From an uncultured virus (IMG/VR IMGVR_UViG_3300002460_000002) (Duplodnaviria > Heunggongvirae > Uroviricota > Caudoviricetes), in the IMG/VR virus record IMGVR_UViG_3300002460_000002, positions 62,001-96,328 of that record: a stretch of DNA of 34,328 nt, one strand, 5' to 3'. A program made the position numbers and the translations under genes. The notes beneath the pieces were generated by a model that worked only from the letters and a program-made list of their open reading frames with translations, did not search any database and was not told the origin of the DNA. Positions 1-8,685 of this stretch are shown one piece after another (position 1 is the stretch's first letter; the number at the start of each line of letters is the position of its first letter).

Positions 1-259
1 CGACCGATCCAACGGCACCTTTGGAGACCTCCTCGAATCCTACGACGCGATGACTAACGTCCAGGTGAAGGGCGTAGAAACTCTCGCGGTCGGCCGCGCC
101 GATCTTCTTTTCGCGGAAGAAAGCACAAGCGTCGTCTCCGTTTTTCACTGTTTGTGAGAGGGGGGCCTGCTTGGTCATGCAGAGCCGAACTGTCGAGTTG
201 GGCCCGACCGGGCCGCAGCTTGTCTCTGTTCCCGGGTCCGTCTTCTTGCGAGGCGCCAC
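1..259 (-). CDS. radC: RadC-like JAB/MPN domain protein (5' part; runs off the window start)
   Basis: Manual translation from GTG at 259, absent from the ORF track because there is no stop in the window: MAPRKKTDPG...VRLCMTKQ...DDACAFFREKKIGAADRESFYALHLDVSHRVVGFEEVSKGAVGSV. This matches the RadC pattern DRE-F-(hydrophobic)-LD-x-x-x-x-IG-x-E-x-VS-x-G. Confidence 0.8.
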   Translation of the reverse strand, partial: MAPRKKTDPGTETSCGPVGPNSTVRLCMTKQAPLSQTVKNGDDACAFFREKKIGAADRESFYALHLDVSHRVVGFEEVSKGAVGSV

Positions 260-281
260 GGTGTCAGGATACCATGACCCA
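260..281. promoter_or_regulatory. Overlapping divergent -10 elements (leaderless promoters) for radC and def
   Basis: TACCAT (+, 270-275) lies 6 nt before GTG 282. TGgTATCCT (-, hexamer 271-266) lies 6 nt before GTG 259. Confidence 0.55.
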
Positions 282-764
282 GTGGTCAGGAAAATCCTGC
301 GGTACCCCGAAGCGCGGCTGAAGGAAGAATCGTGGCCGGTGACCGATTTCGCGGCACTGCCTGCGCTGGTTATCGACTTGGTGGAAACGATGGGCTCTGT
401 GAAAGGACTTGGGTTGGCTGCGATTCAGATCGGAATTCCGTTACGGGTGTTCGTGATTCACCCCGAGCTATCGCTGACCAATCAAGTATTCGTGAACCCT
501 GAAATCGTGTCTGGTAACGGGGCTACTTTCGATGAAGAAGGCTGTCTTTCGTTCCCGAAAATTCGCGTGCAGATCCAGCGAAAAGAGCACGTGCGGATGA
601 AGGCCAAGGATTCAATCGGCACGGAATTCGTGGTTGACGCCGATGGTCTGTTAGCTCGGGCGTTGCAGCACGAGATTGATCACCTGGATGGGCGCCTGTT
701 GACCGACTACGTGAGTTCGTCACGATGTGGTCGAATCAGGCAACAGCTTTTGCGCGGCGGTTGA
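282..764 (+). CDS. def: Peptide deformylase
   Basis: All three PDF motifs are present: GLGLAAIQIG, EGCLS, QHEIDHLDG. The likely start is GTG 282 (MVRKILRYP), not 171. Confidence 0.95.
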   Translation: MVRKILRYPEARLKEESWPVTDFAALPALVIDLVETMGSVKGLGLAAIQIGIPLRVFVIHPELSLTNQVFVNPEIVSGNGATFDEEGCLSFPKIRVQIQRKEHVRMKAKDSIGTEFVVDADGLLARALQHEIDHLDGRLLTDYVSSSRCGRIRQQLLRGG

Positions 765-901
765 GTCGAAGTTTTGGGACTCCTACGGGATTTTTGTGCC
801 CTCGTGGTTTAGGGCAACGGGGTAGACGTCCGAGCCGTTTTGGGCGACGCACCAGGGGAAGCTTGCCATCGGGGTAGAAAACCTGCAAGAATGCCTCCCA
901 G

Positions 902-1285
902 ATGTCTCTCGCCAACCAGGTCGTAGAGTCCTTCAACAACGCTGCTGGCGTCACGTTGTCTCGCGGCATGATCGTGCGCGGAACGACCGGAGTCCGGCAG
1001 ACGGTGCTGGCCCAGGCCGACACGTTGGCGCATCTGGCATCGATTATCGGCGTCGCCAACAACGGGACGGGGCCGACCGGGCTTTACTTCGCGACCGTGG
1101 CTGGCGAGGTCGAGGTTTTGCTCGAGACTGGTCTGACACCTACAGCGACGCAGATCGTGTACGTGTCTGCTTCCGTAGCCGGACGTGGGACGACGGCGGC
1201 TCCGACTCTGGCAATTCCGATGGGAGTGATCACAGACGCGTCTTCATACTCTCTCAGCGGCCGGGTGATGGTTTCGCTGTTCGCG
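902..1285 (+). repeat. Direct repeat copy 1 (384 bp, shared 5' end of the two fibre genes)
   Basis: Colinear, highly similar DNA to 3138-3521. Both encode MSLANQVVESFNNAAGVTLSRGMIV...DASSYSLSGRVMVSLFA. Confidence 0.95.
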
Positions 1286-3121
1286 TTATTTGCGTCTAAC
1301 GCGACGCCAGCCCCACCGTGGGACCCGACCCTGGTCCGGTACTGGTTCATCGACAACGAGAACGGCAACGACGCGAATGTCGGCTACATCGATGCCGCGG
1401 CATTGACGATCTTCACACCAGCGCAAACCAGTCCGGTGGCACTCAGAACATCAGAAGAGATGCGGAAACGGCTCCCGCGCTTCGGACAGGCACTTAGTAC
1501 GGTCGCACTCTACAAGCCGCGTTCCGACAACGGCAACTACCTGAACAAGGCTGGAGCCAGTGACTACTTGGACACCGGGTATGCTGGGTACGCGTACATC
1601 GCGTTTCGCGCATCGGATCTCACAAACAGTGTGAATGATCGATCTGACATGGCGGGCGTTACAAGCTCCGCCGGTCCGAATGCGGATGGTTCGTGGACAG
1701 CGACCGGTATGGTCGGCTATACGATCACGAATGGTGCAGGTGTCCTTCCCGCGACCGACACGGTTGCCGGACTCAAAGTCGAGTACCAAGGCAACGTCAC
1801 GGCGGGTCTCCGCAATATCGGAAACACAGTTGTTGATCGAACCGGTGCTACGCTACTTGATACCGGTGTAGGTACGACACTGGCAGCCCTTGCCAACGGA
1901 GATCAATACTACCTTCGCGCGCCTGGTGTGAGGTTTACTCGTCCTGTGATTCCGTTCGGCGGCCTCAACGGGCCCAACAACTACAATGGGCAGTTTCCGG
2001 TGTGCGGGATGCGTTGGACGGGCACCATCGGCGTGTCTGGAAGTCCGGTCGGGGTGAATTTTCAACCGGTTTTCAACCGATTCGATGCTGATACGTATCT
2101 CGTTTCCGCACCGGAGTTTACTGCGCCGCTTTCTTATTATTTGGAGGATGGCGCTACCACCGTCTCGACTTTTTGCACGATCGACGCACGGGCAATCTTC
2201 AACGCGTACATCAACGGTAAATCGAATCTGTCGATGCCGGCGTTTCACAGCACTACCGATCTGTTGTTCGGTAGCAGCGATTTCTCTATTTTCAATTCTG
2301 GATATTCGACGCTCGCGCCCACTGTTACAAATGTTCGAGGGTCAGTTGGGACAAACGCCAGCAACACGATAGGCGCGCAGTTTGCTGTTGCCGCCAATCT
2401 GTTCCGTCCAACACGATTTATTGCCGGTATTGCATTGAATGGGTATGCAGGATTCGTGCTCTCGATCGATCATGGAGGGGCAACCAACGGGATTGTTTTC
2501 GGGCGCGATTGTAATTTTACGATTGGCTCCGGGGGCGCACAGCCGCAAGGAACTTCGGGAACTTCGGCTCTTGCGGGTGTGTCGTCTGTTGGATCAACGG
2601 TTGTCGTTGTAGGCACTGCCGCCGTCGGTACAACGCAAGATGTACTTTTGGCCGGTTCGGTAGTCGCGACGTTCGCGAGCCTTGCGACGTCACCACAGAT
2701 GGATGCCCAGAACAACACGGTTCAAGGATCCGCTGGAGCGCCGGTCAAGAAGACCGTCTTGAAGTTTTCTGGTGTGTTCGTCGGTGCGGCTGGCGCCAAG
2801 ACAGATTTTTTGGCCGATTCGGGTCCGTTCGCTGGTGCAGTTCTTGATGCTGTTGTAGTCAACTATCCAATGCCGGCCTGCCGCGTGCGCAATTTGCGGA
2901 TACAAGCAAGTTCAAACCCGCTCGGCGCCAATCTCGTCGTGAGGGTACTCAAGAATGGTGCGGCCACCGGTATCACTGCGACCATCACAACCGGATCCAC
3001 CGCACTTTTTTCAGACTTGACGAACGAGGGACAATTCGCCGCTGGTGACAGACTCGATATTGACATGACGGAGACCGGCGCCGGAACCGCGCTTCTCGCG
3101 GCATCGTTGGAGTGCTACTAG
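902..3121 (+). CDS. Putative virion fibre/spike or receptor-binding protein A (739 aa)
   Basis: Long G/A/T/S/N-rich, beta-rich ORF. Has an N-terminal capsid-decoration-like domain and a 'YWFIDNENGNDANVG' motif typical of beta-helix fibre starts. Confidence 0.6.
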   Translation: MSLANQVVESFNNAAGVTLSRGMIVRGTTGVRQTVLAQADTLAHLASIIGVANNGTGPTGLYFATVAGEVEVLLETGLTPTATQIVYVSASVAGRGTTAAPTLAIPMGVITDASSYSLSGRVMVSLFALFASNATPAPPWDPTLVRYWFIDNENGNDANVGYIDAAALTIFTPAQTSPVALRTSEEMRKRLPRFGQALSTVALYKPRSDNGNYLNKAGASDYLDTGYAGYAYIAFRASDLTNSVNDRSDMAGVTSSAGPNADGSWTATGMVGYTITNGAGVLPATDTVAGLKVEYQGNVTAGLRNIGNTVVDRTGATLLDTGVGTTLAALANGDQYYLRAPGVRFTRPVIPFGGLNGPNNYNGQFPVCGMRWTGTIGVSGSPVGVNFQPVFNRFDADTYLVSAPEFTAPLSYYLEDGATTVSTFCTIDARAIFNAYINGKSNLSMPAFHSTTDLLFGSSDFSIFNSGYSTLAPTVTNVRGSVGTNASNTIGAQFAVAANLFRPTRFIAGIALNGYAGFVLSIDHGGATNGIVFGRDCNFTIGSGGAQPQGTSGTSALAGVSSVGSTVVVVGTAAVGTTQDVLLAGSVVATFASLATSPQMDAQNNTVQGSAGAPVKKTVLKFSGVFVGAAGAKTDFLADSGPFAGAVLDAVVVNYPMPACRVRNLRIQASSNPLGANLVVRVLKNGAATGITATITTGSTALFSDLTNEGQFAAGDRLDIDMTETGAGTALLAASLECY

Positions 3122-3137
3122 CGAAAAGAGTTTTCGC

Positions 3138-3521
3138 GTGTCTCTCGCCAATCAGGTCGTAGAGTCCTTCAACAACGCTGCTGGCGTCACGTTATCCAGG
3201 GGCATGATCGTCCAAGGGACGACCGGTGCTCGACAGACGTTGTTGGCTCAAGCTAATACGTCAGCCAACTTGGCGTCGATCATCGGCGTCGCGAACAACC
3301 AGACCGGGCCGGGCGGGCGCTACTTCGCAACCATTGCGGGTGAAGTAGAGGTTTTGCTCGAGACTGGATTGACCCCGACCGCGACGCAGATCGTGTACGT
3401 GTCTGCTTCCGTGGCCGGACGTGGGACGACAGCGGCGCCGGTGCTGGCGGTTTCGATCGGCATGATCACGGACGCGTCTTCGTATTCGCTCAGCGGCCGG
3501 GTGATGGTTTCGTTGTTCGCG
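3138..3521 (+). repeat. Direct repeat copy 2
   Basis: Matches 902-1285. Confidence 0.95.
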
Positions 3522-5504
3522 CCGAATGCGACGTCAAGCATGAATTGGGATCCGAATTCGGTTCGTTACATGGCGGTCAGCTATGCGAACGGAAGCGATT
3601 CCAATTTAGGTTACTCCGACGTTTCAATGGCTGCTGCAGGCGCTGTTGCACTCAAAACACTGACGGCGCTCACAACTAAGTTGCCCGTCATCGGGGCGGG
3701 TCGGAAAGTCGTCATTGCGATCGAATCACGTGCGGCCGGAGCCAACTACCTCAAGCCAGACGGATTGACCAACGATGATTTGCTGCTGCTTGGCATCTAC
3801 GGCTACGAAAAGATGTTAGTGCGCGGAACGATCACTGACGCGACCGCCGGATCGGTGGCCTTCGCCAATACCGCGGCCGACAAGCTCATGGCCGGGTTCA
3901 TCCGTGCGCCGGGGACGAACACAGCTGGGTACAACGTCACCGTCAACACATCAAATCGGCAGAAGACCGTCCAGCTTGCTGGTGGCGGCGCGGTGGCTCT
4001 TGCTACCAACTACACGTTCAGGTCGTTTCGGATCCGATTTGACTCGGCGACGACAACAGCGGGGCTCCGCAACGTCACGCGGCAGCTTTCGTTGGTGAGC
4101 GGCGCCGGAAACGTGTTTCATCTCGATGAGGATCTGCCAGCCGTGCCGGTGACCGGAAATTCCGGTGACGTTTTCTACATTGAGGCCGCAGGGGTTTCGG
4201 TAGCATCACTCAAGACCAGCATTCAGAACGTGCACAACTTCACAGTGAATCTGACCGGGGATACTTCACGGGTAGGCGCCACGACGATCGTCGGCATCAA
4301 ACAGACCTTGACTGGGAGTCCTGCATCGTTCGGTGCCTTTTCGATGAAAGGCGTCGGTGACGTACTTGAAATGTGTGGTGTATGGGGCAACGCCGCGATT
4401 CAGGTCGTCACAGGACAGTACATGGTTGCGATGACTCCGTTTTACAACGACGAAACGGAAACGTTGATCCGGGTCGGATGCGGTTTCAAGAGTGACGCCG
4501 CGTTGGCGACTTCGATCGGCGACTTGTTCGACGGCACACAAGTCGCCAATCTAGACATGACCTCGTCGTCTTTTTCGGCGTCGGTCGGTTGTCAGGTTGT
4601 TGGATGTCATTACCCCAACATCGGTATGGGTTGTTCGTTCAATTGTCTTCTCGTGAATTCGTGTGGATGGGACACGACAGAGAGCGCGATTGCTAACTCC
4701 ATCGGCATTGCATCTTCAGCAACGAAGAAGCCGCCATTGGTAGATGGTACCGACGGAAACTTGAAGGCTTTCAGCATCGAAGACTCTCAAGTTACGCTTC
4801 GGCTTATTGAGTGCATCAACGCGGGTTCACTTCCGGCGATACGCGCTTCTGGTACTAGTGTGCGCTTGGATATCGCTGGGCCGTTTGGATCGACCGGCAA
4901 CAACGCTCATGGTTTTGAAATTGTTGATAGTTTCGGTGGTTCGTTCTTTTTTACGTCAGCCACGACGGTCACAGGTGCGCTGGGTGACATCAATCTTGCT
5001 GGCACCGTGACGGCTACCTACGCCGGATTGCTTCTCACGAATGTGGTTGATGATAACAGCAACGAGGTCGAGGGCGCAGGCGGGCATGTGGTGTCGGCTT
5101 GCAAACGCGTCGTCAACAAATCAGGCGTCGCGCTCACGGTTGGCGCCTTGGTTCGTAGTAATGGAACGACCAATCAAGTCACCAGCGCTTTTGGTAACGA
5201 TGCTGCGGCCGGAAACTCCAATGTTGTCGGTGTCATGATCACGTCTCCTGCTAACGATGCAAACGGCCACATGGCCTGTGCTGACGCGCCGGTCTGTAAC
5301 TTTGATGGTGTACCGACCATAGGTGCCATTGCATATTTGTCACCGACGACGACGCGCACGTTGACGACGACGATTCCAGCACTTGCTGCGAACAACAACA
5401 AACTTCGTGTTGGCCGTGTCATTCAAGCTATCGGCGCCGGCAACGACGCACGGGTGGCTTGGCACCCGGAAAATCTTGCTGTCGTGGCCGACGGCGCGGC
5501 CTAG
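3138..5504 (+). CDS. Putative virion fibre/spike or receptor-binding protein B (788 aa), paralogue of A
   Basis: The first ~128 aa are nearly identical to 902-3121. The middle is divergent and beta-rich. The C-terminus resembles a second, diverged copy of the N-terminal domain. Confidence 0.6.
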   Translation: MSLANQVVESFNNAAGVTLSRGMIVQGTTGARQTLLAQANTSANLASIIGVANNQTGPGGRYFATIAGEVEVLLETGLTPTATQIVYVSASVAGRGTTAAPVLAVSIGMITDASSYSLSGRVMVSLFAPNATSSMNWDPNSVRYMAVSYANGSDSNLGYSDVSMAAAGAVALKTLTALTTKLPVIGAGRKVVIAIESRAAGANYLKPDGLTNDDLLLLGIYGYEKMLVRGTITDATAGSVAFANTAADKLMAGFIRAPGTNTAGYNVTVNTSNRQKTVQLAGGGAVALATNYTFRSFRIRFDSATTTAGLRNVTRQLSLVSGAGNVFHLDEDLPAVPVTGNSGDVFYIEAAGVSVASLKTSIQNVHNFTVNLTGDTSRVGATTIVGIKQTLTGSPASFGAFSMKGVGDVLEMCGVWGNAAIQVVTGQYMVAMTPFYNDETETLIRVGCGFKSDAALATSIGDLFDGTQVANLDMTSSSFSASVGCQVVGCHYPNIGMGCSFNCLLVNSCGWDTTESAIANSIGIASSATKKPPLVDGTDGNLKAFSIEDSQVTLRLIECINAGSLPAIRASGTSVRLDIAGPFGSTGNNAHGFEIVDSFGGSFFFTSATTVTGALGDINLAGTVTATYAGLLLTNVVDDNSNEVEGAGGHVVSACKRVVNKSGVALTVGALVRSNGTTNQVTSAFGNDAAAGNSNVVGVMITSPANDANGHMACADAPVCNFDGVPTIGAIAYLSPTTTRTLTTTIPALAANNNKLRVGRVIQAIGAGNDARVAWHPENLAVVADGAA

Positions 5505-6046
5505 GTCTTCGACTTCAGAAAGAACTCATCAACTGTGACCGTGATCGTCTTGGCGCGATCGACGGTCTCTTTGCTGAAGGTTGGCTCGGACACAAGCTGG
5601 TCAAATGCCGCCCCGGCGATGTCCTTGGTGATTGCGCACATGCGTTCAAGCCATTCGACGGCGTCTTCACGGGTGGTCCGGCGAACGGTGTTGACGTAGT
5701 TGCGTAGGATGTTTTTGCATGCATTGATCTTTGCTTGCAGCGCTGCGGTAGCTTCTCGATCGGCGTTTTCCTGTGCTTGTCGGATTGCCTGAGCCGTGCG
5801 CTCGGTTTCTTCGGCTTCCGCCTTGACCCGGGCTTCTTCCTCGACCCGGGCGGCTTCGGCTGCTGCGGCAGCTTGCGCTTCGGCATCAGCCGCGGCGGTC
5901 GCTTCAGCCATCACTGGGTCCACGTCACCGATCGGAGCATCAGCAGCGCGCTCTTCGCCTGCCCCTTCGACCGGCGGAACCCCCGGCATCGTCGGCTCTT
6001 CCGTGGTTTCCCGAGTTGGTTCAGCGGATCGTCGTTGTCGTGCCAT
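5501..6046 (-). CDS. Hypothetical protein, Ala/Glu-rich coiled coil
   Basis: 181-aa ORF converging on 5504 with overlapping stop codons. Confidence 0.7.
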   Translation of the reverse strand: MARQRRSAEPTRETTEEPTMPGVPPVEGAGEERAADAPIGDVDPVMAEATAAADAEAQAAAAAEAARVEEEARVKAEAEETERTAQAIRQAQENADREATAALQAKINACKNILRNYVNTVRRTTREDAVEWLERMCAITKDIAGAAFDQLVSEPTFSKETVDRAKTITVTVDEFFLKSKT

Positions 6047-6088
6047 GTCCGGCAGTATCCGCCAAGCCCGAGCCTGACGTCAAGCCAC

Positions 6089-7237
6089 CTAGCAGATCCG
6101 AAACGCGGGCTCACCGAACGGCCCGGACAACGGCTTGTACGAGCCGGTCTGGTAGTCGACTTCGCGCTTGGCGGCGTCCACGGCGGCGGCAGTCGAAGCT
6201 TTGATGACTGCGGCGGAGTTCGCCCAGTACATGCTCGGTTCACCCAATGAAGTCGCCGCCGGCACCGGGGCTGCCCCTGGCTGCAAAACGGACCCTTTTG
6301 CGAAAGCCGACGCGATCACGTTCAGGGCCTGTTGCGCCGTCAGCGTCACGCCCTTCTTTTTCTTGTACTCATCGCGCGCGTAGTTCACGGCCTTCACGTA
6401 TGCGTCGTCGACCAGCTTGAGCTTGGTCGGGTCGAGCACCGTGGTCACGGTCGCTTTCGGCTTCGGAGGAGTGGGGGGCGCGGTCTTCGGGGGAATGACG
6501 GCGATCGGAGGAGGCGGGATGAATTGCTGTGGCGGTGGTGGCAGAGTCATCGGCGGCCGTGGCGGGATTGATTGCTGTGGAGGTGGCGGGACGTAAACCG
6601 GCGGCGGAGGCGGCGGGACGCGCCGTGCCTCTTTTTGAATTTCTTCGGCAGCCTGTTGATCGGCGACCAGCGCAGCGCGCGCCGCGGCGGCAGCTTCGTC
6701 AGCGCGACGCTGGGCTTCAGCCGCGGCTTGCTGCTTCTCCAGGGATGCGATGGCGGCGTCGGACCGGGCCTTGGCCGCGTCTGCTTGTTGTTGGGTCGCT
6801 GCGGCTTGTCGGGCATTGGCCTGGGCGTTCGCGAGCGCGGCAGCGGCTTCAGCCTTTGCGACGGCTTCTCGTGCGGTGGCAGCCTGGGCGGCATTTTGGG
6901 CGTTTGCGAGCTGTTGCCGGGCGTTCGCGAGTGCGTTGCCGGCGGCGGCGGCGTCTCCTCGGGCCTGGTTCGCGAGTTGGGCATTGGCGGCGGCTGCGCG
7001 GGCGTTGGCATCGGCGGTTGCCAGGGCGGCACGTTCGCGGCCGGCCGCAGCCTGGGCAGCGGCAGCGGCATCACCAGCACGTTTGTTGGCGGCACCGGCG
7101 GCTTTTCGGTACTCTCCGGCTTCGGATTCTGCGGCGCTGGCCCGGCGCGCGAAGTAGATCAAGAGCGCGGTGAGACCTCCTCCCACGCCAAGACCGATCA
7201 GGAGCTTGCCGCCTCTTTTGGCGTCTCGGAGTGCCAC
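6089..7237 (-). CDS. Membrane-anchored protein with Ala-rich coiled coil and Pro-rich linker
   Basis: Likely GTG start at 7237. TM segment LLIGLGVGGGLTALLIYFA, a long A/Q/R helix, poly-Pro tracts, then a small C-terminal domain. Confidence 0.75.
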   Translation of the reverse strand: MALRDAKRGGKLLIGLGVGGGLTALLIYFARRASAAESEAGEYRKAAGAANKRAGDAAAAAQAAAGRERAALATADANARAAAANAQLANQARGDAAAAGNALANARQQLANAQNAAQAATAREAVAKAEAAAALANAQANARQAAATQQQADAAKARSDAAIASLEKQQAAAEAQRRADEAAAAARAALVADQQAAEEIQKEARRVPPPPPPVYVPPPPQQSIPPRPPMTLPPPPQQFIPPPPIAVIPPKTAPPTPPKPKATVTTVLDPTKLKLVDDAYVKAVNYARDEYKKKKGVTLTAQQALNVIASAFAKGSVLQPGAAPVPAATSLGEPSMYWANSAAVIKASTAAAVDAAKREVDYQTGSYKPLSGPFGEPAFRIC

Positions 7238-7254
7238 ACCGAGAGGATCGCCTT

Positions 7255-7710
7255 CTACGGTGACGCCGTCAAGTCGTGTATGGTGTTCCGGTCCGGGATA
7301 CTGCGCAAATACATCGTGAATGCAGGGTTGATGAGGGCTCCCAGCCGGTAAGCCTGGACCCTTCTCACGGCCTCGTAGCCGGAGACCCCGGTCAGCATCG
7401 TAAGCATGATGGCGACGACCAGACCGGAGCGGTTGATGCCCTGGTTGCAACACACGAGGATGCGGGCGCCTTTTCGGTGTTCGGCGAGCGCGAGTTTCGC
7501 GGCTCGAGTCGCTTCGACCGTCGGCACGGTGTAGGAATCATCCATCGGCGCGTGGATCACGTGGACGCCGGGGTAGTGTTCGGCCGGGTGCTGACGCTCT
7601 TGCGCGCAAAGAACCAGGACGTTGGCGCCGGCTTGTTGAACGAACGGGCCCGGGGCGGGGTGAGAGCCTTGCCAGATCCGTGTAGTGATGCGGTTTGCGT
7701 CGAGTTTCAC
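7255..7710 (-). CDS. Dual-specificity / protein-tyrosine phosphatase family protein
   Basis: CX5R active-site loop VCCNQGINRSG, upstream acid loop HAPMDD, and C-terminal 'AVRRVQAYR...INPAF'. Start taken as GTG 7710. Confidence 0.9.
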   Translation of the reverse strand: MKLDANRITTRIWQGSHPAPGPFVQQAGANVLVLCAQERQHPAEHYPGVHVIHAPMDDSYTVPTVEATRAAKLALAEHRKGARILVCCNQGINRSGLVVAIMLTMLTGVSGYEAVRRVQAYRLGALINPAFTMYLRSIPDRNTIHDLTASP

Positions 7711-7730
7711 GGTGGGAGTATACTGGCGCC
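7711..7730. promoter_or_regulatory. Palindromic bidirectional -10 element (AGTATACT)
   Basis: TATACT occurs on both strands (7719-7724 +; 7722-7717 -). Each lies 6 nt from a start codon (ATG 7731 +, GTG 7710 -). Confidence 0.65.
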
Positions 7731-7964
7731 ATGATCTTTGGTCTACCCCCAGGGCATCATCCACACCGTCGGCATCGTTACGGGGGCGGTGGTTTTCGAC
7801 GCGTGGGTGGTGGGTTCGGACCGCGGTACGACTACGGCACTTACATCGAGCCGATCTACGTGCCGGTGGCGGTCCCGTCGTGCATGCCTGATTCGACGCC
7901 GCGGTTGCCACCGTGCGCGGGGACTTGGGTTCGGCGCGGGAACAACTTCTGTTGCGAGGTGTAA
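7731..7964 (+). CDS. Small His/Gly/Cys-rich hypothetical protein
   Basis: ORF from ATG 7731 (MIFGLPPGHHPH...NNFCCEV) at the head of a + strand gene run. Confidence 0.55.
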   Translation: MIFGLPPGHHPHRRHRYGGGGFRRVGGGFGPRYDYGTYIEPIYVPVAVPSCMPDSTPRLPPCAGTWVRRGNNFCCEV

Positions 7965-7967
7965 CCG

Positions 7968-8258
7968 GTGACTATCCGTCTCTTCGCCAAAGGCCCACTC
8001 AAGAGCGTCAAGCGCGCTGCCGCACGGTACGGCATTCCCGTAAAGTGCGTCAATTACGGAGGTCGGATCAACCCTCCGTCACAACGCAATGAAGTTATAT
8101 GCAGCGCGCCTTGCACTGCTGGAACCAGAGTTCGTCACTGGTTCAACGAGTTGAGCACCGTCAAGAGGGGTCGCGGAAATACGCCGGGGACGTTGCTGAA
8201 TTTCGTTACAGAGGGGTGCGCGACTTTGGGCGGGGCTCACCGGAGACGATACAGATGA
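7968..8258 (+). CDS. Small basic hypothetical protein (paralogue of 8255-8503)
   Basis: MTIRLFAKGP...KRAAARYG. ATGA overlap with the next gene. Confidence 0.65.
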   Translation: MTIRLFAKGPLKSVKRAAARYGIPVKCVNYGGRINPPSQRNEVICSAPCTAGTRVRHWFNELSTVKRGRGNTPGTLLNFVTEGCATLGGAHRRRYR

Positions 8259-8503
8259 CCATCAAAGTCGTGATCAAAGGCTCCAAACGAATTGCGCGTC
8301 GCGCGGCTGCCAAACACGGAGCATCAGTGAAAAGGTGCACGGATCGGCATTTAGTGAGTACGACCGAGTGTGAAGTTTCTTGTGCGAAGTTTGACGCTGT
8401 TGATGCTTGGTACCGTGTGCGTGTTCGATCGCATCCAGCAAAACTAGATCGAGGTCTTCCTTCTGGACAGATTGTGTATTACCGGGCGAACTGCAAGCGA
8501 TGA
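8255..8503 (+). CDS. Small basic hypothetical protein (paralogue of 7968-8258)
   Basis: MTIKVVIKGS...RRAAAKHG from ATG 8255. Confidence 0.65.
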   Translation: MTIKVVIKGSKRIARRAAAKHGASVKRCTDRHLVSTTECEVSCAKFDAVDAWYRVRVRSHPAKLDRGLPSGQIVYYRANCKR

Positions 8504-8682
8504 AGACCGAACTTCCTCCCGATCTGCTGGCTGCCCTGCGGCATCCCGACGTGCGGCTTGATTGCGAAACCGACGTCATGAAGCTGCTGCGCCGGCACAT
8601 CTGGACGCCGGATCCGGTGTTGCCATTTGATCAGTTCAACTGGGCGCAGGCCGAGTCGAACACACCGAGTTCAGACACGTGA
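8500..8682 (+). CDS. Hypothetical protein
   Basis: ATGA-coupled ORF MKTELPPDLL... Confidence 0.5.
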   Translation: MKTELPPDLLAALRHPDVRLDCETDVMKLLRRHIWTPDPVLPFDQFNWAQAESNTPSSDT

Positions 8683-8685
8683 GCA

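Noticed and set aside
902..3521. Diversity-generating retroelement TR/VR pair
   Set aside because: The repeats are at gene 5' ends, differences are not adenine-specific, and no reverse transcriptase is present.
6529..7351. Multiple long antisense/alternate-frame ORFs (also at 19268-20122, 27740-28288, 29378-30270)
   Set aside because: Shadow ORFs expected in high-GC coding DNA, with no recognisable motifs.
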